From positions 62,001 through 126,000 of the forward strand of contig NIVC01000930.1 of assembly GCA_002269645.1 (NCBI GenBank): a DNA stretch of 64,000 nucleotides. Direction: 5' to 3'. Source of the DNA: Macrostomum lignano (Eukaryota). Position numbers and translations under genes: made by a program. The notes below the pieces were generated by a model. That model saw only the letters and a list, made by a program, of their open reading frames with translations, ran no database searches and was not told the origin of the DNA. This document shows positions 59,494-64,000 of the stretch, in pieces; within the stretch, counting starts at the first letter, position 1, and the number at the start of each line of letters is the position of its first letter.

Positions 59494-62400
59494 TTCGGTC
59501 TGCCTGTCCTTCTGTCTGCCTGTCTGTCTGTCTGCCCGCCACGCCAAACCTACCCAGTTCAACGGCGCGCCGGCCGCAGGCCACAGACTGGGGATCCCAG
59601 TAGCCCCAGCACCAGGCGGGGGTGTCAGCAGACAGGCGCGTGAGCTGCAGGCTGCAGTCGGCAGCCCGACTAAGAAGCGCCAGGTTGCCGCGAAGGCCGC
59701 TGCTGGCTGGTAGATCCGACGGGTCAATTTCGACCACCTAAAATCAGAAAGTTTAATAAAAAGCAACTCATAAGAAGCAAAATTCTAGAAAAATTCCAGA
59801 AAGAAAGAATACAATAAATACTCGTTAATTTCTTAGAAAATATTCTAGGAAATACCAGATACGATTATTTGGAAGGAGATTCCACATTTAGCGATAAACA
59901 ATTCATAGCAATCTGCGACCCTCCTTGGAGAGGCAACAAAGGAATAAAACGTTTTTTTAATAAACTACATGTAGCTTTTGACCTTGTTGATCTCTTAAGG
60001 AAAATAATATTTAAAGCAAAAAAGCATCAGCCTTGAAGGCCAGCTATCTGACAAAGGTATCAGCATCTCCTGTGAGCTCTGGCATCAAAGCCTCCCTTAA
60101 GCCAGATCTTAACCCCAACGTTCTCTACATGTATAATGTTTCGCCTACCAACAACTCCCAATGACTTTTGGTATCTGAGCAACCAATATGAGCCACAGCA
60201 TTTCAGCAATTCCCCTCGTGAACATCAAACTATCAGCAATTCCCCCGATGAGCCTTGACATCTCAGGAATTCCCCCCGATGAGCCTTGACATCTCAGCAA
60301 TTCCCCATTGAGCCTTGACATCTCAGCAATTCCCCCGATGAGCCTTGACATCTCAGCAATCCCCATTGAGCCTTGACATCTCAGCAATTCCCCATTGAGC
60401 CTTGACATCTCAGCAATTCCTCATTGAGCCTTGACATCTCAGCAATTCCTCATTGAGCCTTGACATCTCAGCAATTCCCCATTGAGCCTTGACATCTCAG
60501 CAATTCCTCATTGAGCCTTGACATCTCAGCAATTCCTCATTGAGCCTTGACATCTCAGCAATTCCTCATTGAGCCTTGACATCTCAGCAATTCCCCATTG
60601 AGCCTTGACATCTCAGCAATCCCCATTGAGCCTTGACATCTCAGCAATTTCCCATTGAGCCTTGACATCTCAGCAATCCCCATTGAGCCTTGACATCTCA
60701 GCAATTCCCCATTGAGCCTTGACATCTCAGCAATTCCCCATTGAGCCTTGACATCTCAGCAATTCCTCATTGAGCATTGACATCTCAGCAATTCCTCATT
60801 GAGCCTTGACATCTCAGCAATTCCTCATTGAGCCTTGACATCTCAGCAATTCCTCATTGAGCCTTGACATCTCAGCAATTCCCCATTGAGCCTTGACATC
60901 TCAGCAATTCCCCATTGAGCCTTGACATCTCAGCAATTCCCCATTGAGCCTTGACATCTCAGCAATTCCCCATTGAGCCTTGACATCTCAGCAATTCCCC
61001 ATTGAGCCTTGACATCTCAGCAATTCCTCATTGAGCCTTGACATCTCAGCAATGCCTCCATGAGTTGCTAAACTTGCAATTGTGATCACCTACCTGATCA
61101 AAGTTGGGTCCTTCGACCACATCCTCGCTATCGTTCTCGGCGACTCCAGCATCTGCACTGGCGCACCTGAGCAGCACGGCCTGTCCAGACAGAGGCACTT
61201 TGGTTAGCAGGCGGCCCCCAGGCCCAAAGGCCAGCAGCTCAGCCCAGTAGGCCTGTGGCAGCAGAGAGGCGCCATCGCCAACAGCTGGCGGCAGGTGCGA
61301 TTCAATTAGCGACCAATTTGCTCGCCACACTTCCGCAGTTAGCGAGCTGAAATTATCCAATTATTGATTACTAGACTGGGCAAATTTACACTCACACTAC
61401 TTTTCATATTCAGTAGTATAAATTCTTATTAAATTCAAATTTCTTTTGTTGAAACACTGCACCCAGTGATGTGTGATTCTGTACTCTATTGGAGTAAGTT
61501 AGAGATGAGAAGAGACACGAGAAAACAGGTAAGATGGGAGATGATAGAAGAGAAGAGATCAGAGCAGATCAGAGGATAAAAGGCAAAGAGAAGAGAAGCG
61601 AGGGGATGAGAACAAAGATAAGAGGAGAGGAGAGGGAGAAGACGATGGGAAAGAGTGCGAGTGGAAGGGACCAGAAAAGAGATGGAAACGGAATATAGGA
61701 AGGAAGGAAGCAGGTCAAGTGACAATCAGACAATAGAGGCAAACCAAGCTGCCTTACCCAAGCACAGCTTTGTAGAAATCTTCCTGACTTCCATCATGCA
61801 GCGGAGCCCGAAACGCCTCCCTCAGGCGTCGGGAATAATCGGCAGCCAAGCTGCTCAGACCATTAAACAGGCGCCTAGCAGCCAGCCGTCTGACATGAGA
61901 TTGCAGCAGAATGGCGCAGGATTGCAATTTGGCTTGAGTTTGGTACAGGCCTAGCAGATGGCGATAGTGACAGAATACGAGCTTGGGGCCAAGCAGCAAT
62001 GGCCCGTCTGAAAAATAGAAAGACGGAGGAAAGACGACTTTACGCGCTGCCTTCTTAGACCGCGAATCGTACGACAAACGTCGTACGAATCGTACCAAAG
62101 TTTTTTGTGTGCTTCCTAATAATGATGGCCAATCCAGCTACCTGGGTGCGTTGGCACTGAGCAACACACTCTTATCCTACTCTGAGATTGATCTAGATTA
62201 ATGGAAGTCTCACCATAAGATCGCTTGGCAATCCGTTTAACATAGGGGCCAGCCTTGACACAGGCCTGGCTACACTTCTCATCGGCACTAGCCTGACAGG
62301 CGCTCAACTGATCAGCCTTGGTGTACGGCAGAACAGCCTCCGAGAACGTGTTCAAAAGTCTATGCCTAGAGGTTGAACACTGGAACAAGCTGCAAGCTTT

Positions 62401-63787
62401 TACGGCGGCCAGTTGGCAAGCTCGAAGACGCAGCAACGCCTGCGAAGACGGCACCGAAAGTGACGGCAAGCGATCAACAAATAGCAGCTTGACGCTGACG
62501 GACGCTGGCAAAGACGAGTCAGCGGTCAGGTTCAGCTGATCAGGATCTGTCAGCAGTGAAGTCAACAAAGTTAAACTGTGCGTAGCTAAGGTTGACGATG
62601 CTTTCAACAGCTGTTGCTGTCTCAACAGCTGAGATGATTGTATGAGAAACACGCTGGCCGCTTCAGCCTCGTGTGGTGCCAGAGATGCCAGGCTGGCAAG
62701 ACGATAAGTTCGAGTCACCAGCCAGTGACGCACCTCGAGCAGCATCTGGGGAGATTAAGATGCAGAATCAAAATGTTAGATTTAGTTAAATCAATAATTT
62801 GCGCAATCTGGCAGTATCAACATCAACTACTGCCTCGCCTCAGTGCTGAGGCATTTCAGTACATTCTGCTGACTCCTGAGCACATACAAGCGCCAATATT
62901 GTACACAGGCACACACTCTCACAGCGGTGTACAGCGGCCCTGACAATCTAATCATCAGACATGTACACTCTGTGCCTTGGGGGTTGGCCCTAATGGCTGT
63001 TAATTGCACAACCCCTGGCACAAGCCCCAAATAAATGTGACCGCGCACGGATATCCTCTGGCCCCAACATCAACCATTCTCACTGACAATTTCATCAATC
63101 ACAGTTTAATAACCTCCGAGAAAGTAATGCTCATCCGCTTCGAGCAAGAAACCCACCTGGTCAACACCGCCACCCTTGACCTTGGACAACCGAAACACAT
63201 TCGAATCGGCCGAGCCAGCAGTCGCACTGGCGGACAATTTCTTAGCAGCCGCGACGGGATCGCCGCGTCCAAATGCCACACCCAAAAGCGTGGGAGCTTT
63301 GACGCTGCCCAACGATCGATAGGAGTCGATTAGAGCAGCGGATGGCGAGGCCGCCTTCGACGCTTCAGCGAAGCCCCTCGGAGCGAGCACCTCCGGCGCC
63401 AGCTTAACATAAGCCTCGCCTAGCAGAAGCAACGGAGTGGAAGATATCAGACGAGAACGAAGGCTGGCCAAGAGATCGCACAGATAATTGTACTCGAAAT
63501 TCAACGCATCCAGAGCAGCAGTTGAAGAAGAAGAGTCTGTTGCATCAGTCTGGCCTAGTAGTAGGTGAGTTGGCCCAATTAAAAATGTCATTCGACCGCC
63601 ATCGCCCGCACCAGCAGCAACGTTTTCGCACAGCCGTCCATCAGCCAGTCTCTGATTTAGCCGGCCGACAACAAACTGCACTAATCGGCGATAGATGGCG
63701 CGAACCATGCCGGCCAGTGCGGCGTTGCACTCTTCGGCTGTGCGATTGCGCAACGCTTTTCTGTGACCATCGCGCAGGACTTCGTAT
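53032..63787 (-). CDS. Highly divergent myosin-like gene (partial motor, IQ, novel tail); 5' end outside the window
   Basis: Phase-compatible exons 63787-63157, 62745-62181, 62007-61758, 61346-61094, 59737-59550, 54730-54331, 53220-53032. Myosin-like segments in the right order: ALAGMVRAIYRRLVQFVVGRLN, LLRLRACQL, LLGPKLVF, IQ-like LLQSHVRRLAARR. The 59550-to-54730 join uses a weak donor. Confidence 0.5.
53350..54200. repeat. 20-bp minisatellite CTTCCGCTCTCTACCCCTCA
   Basis: Fills the last intron of the myosin-like gene. Confidence 0.96.
56081..56515. mobile_element. MITE with ~140-bp imperfect terminal inverted repeats, Tc1/mariner-like ends
   Basis: Starts CGGGTGTCCCAAAAAG, ends CTTTTTTGGGGCACCCG; inner arms CTGCAGTTCTTATTTCGATTGGTG / CACCAATCGAAATAAGAACTGCAG. 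TA TSD ambiguous. Confidence 0.75.
56738..57562 (+). CDS. Intronless 274 aa hydrophilic ORF nested antisense in an intron
   Basis: ATG in AAATCATGA context, GC-rich, non-repetitive; AATAAA near 57832; no recognised domain. Confidence 0.55.
   Translation: MTSVAYHSLNYTIDKVAKWMAASDSQVCLFADDTSVSTLSSPSMTTNTTVEQGRQMLIDRLKFDAVTRMKSLLRSTTNQENNHNEFKKKYSDRRAAAVEACSDDSLNCNQNNRGRGTEAEHRRKTHTDSRHRRQSQPSNSHSVVKQRQDSGDGSGEFKEDKYLERIIERATQEIRSAIYKLSAENKLPEKCHLKMKLSIKPQQTVGEVNSPIEETGRHQGGGQPDSRGHRVSNSGRHHRTSQKDDSGRPHREKRAASTSNKRDHREQRKDKRKH
58287..58733. mobile_element. Foldback-like non-coding element with nested inverted repeats
   Basis: 58489-58555 pairs with 58622-58690; 58287-58343 pairs with 58676-58733. 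Confidence 0.55.
59180..59535. repeat. (GTCT)n-derived microsatellite
   Basis: Direct reading. Confidence 0.96.
60195..61050. repeat. 29-bp minisatellite CCCCATTGAGCCTTGACATCTCAGCAATT
   Basis: Period 29; degenerate inverted copies at ~58765-58875. Confidence 0.97.
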
Positions 63788-64000
63788 CTGCGTAGTGCGT
63801 TTGTTGATTGAAAGGAGAGGATATACAAACGAGCAAGAGACTTAGTGTTTTTGTTTTCTAAACATTTAATACTTTTCTCCGAGGAAGAACAGATTGATAT
63901 GCAGACGTTACAACCTAGAGCATCCTATTCGGAGCCATGGACAAAGAATAATTGACCAAGAAACTAGATTTTAATTACCGCAACACACCTGACAGTGATC

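Overview
Eukaryotic, repeat-saturated animal DNA. Minisatellite-filled introns, TTAGGG tracts and ATG-less downstream genes resemble a free-living flatworm such as Macrostomum, but the species cannot be proven from the sequence. No prokaryotic features or CRISPR. In order: a decayed Ty3/Gypsy LTR element (348-3358); two tandem paralogs of an unknown intronless gene (4.0-7.4 kb, minus); a 1.9 kb solo-LTR-like insert in a 12-bp satellite; and a 4-exon plus-strand gene of unknown function (11730-32409). Its 15 kb third intron holds a Penelope-like retroelement (RT + GIY-YIG, 3' hammerhead, upstream ORF joined by a UUUAAAC -1 slippery site) inside a ~2.2 kb direct duplication, plus two head-to-tail Helitron-like elements. 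Then four minus-strand genes follow: degenerate myosin-like, acyl-CoA oxidase, TCEANC2, UTP25. The strongest leads are the apparent -1 frameshift in an endonuclease-bearing Penelope element, and two adjacent genes lacking their own ATG that start at in-frame 3' splice sites, as expected if a spliced leader supplies the AUG. All gene models, motifs and family calls were made by eye, with no database search.
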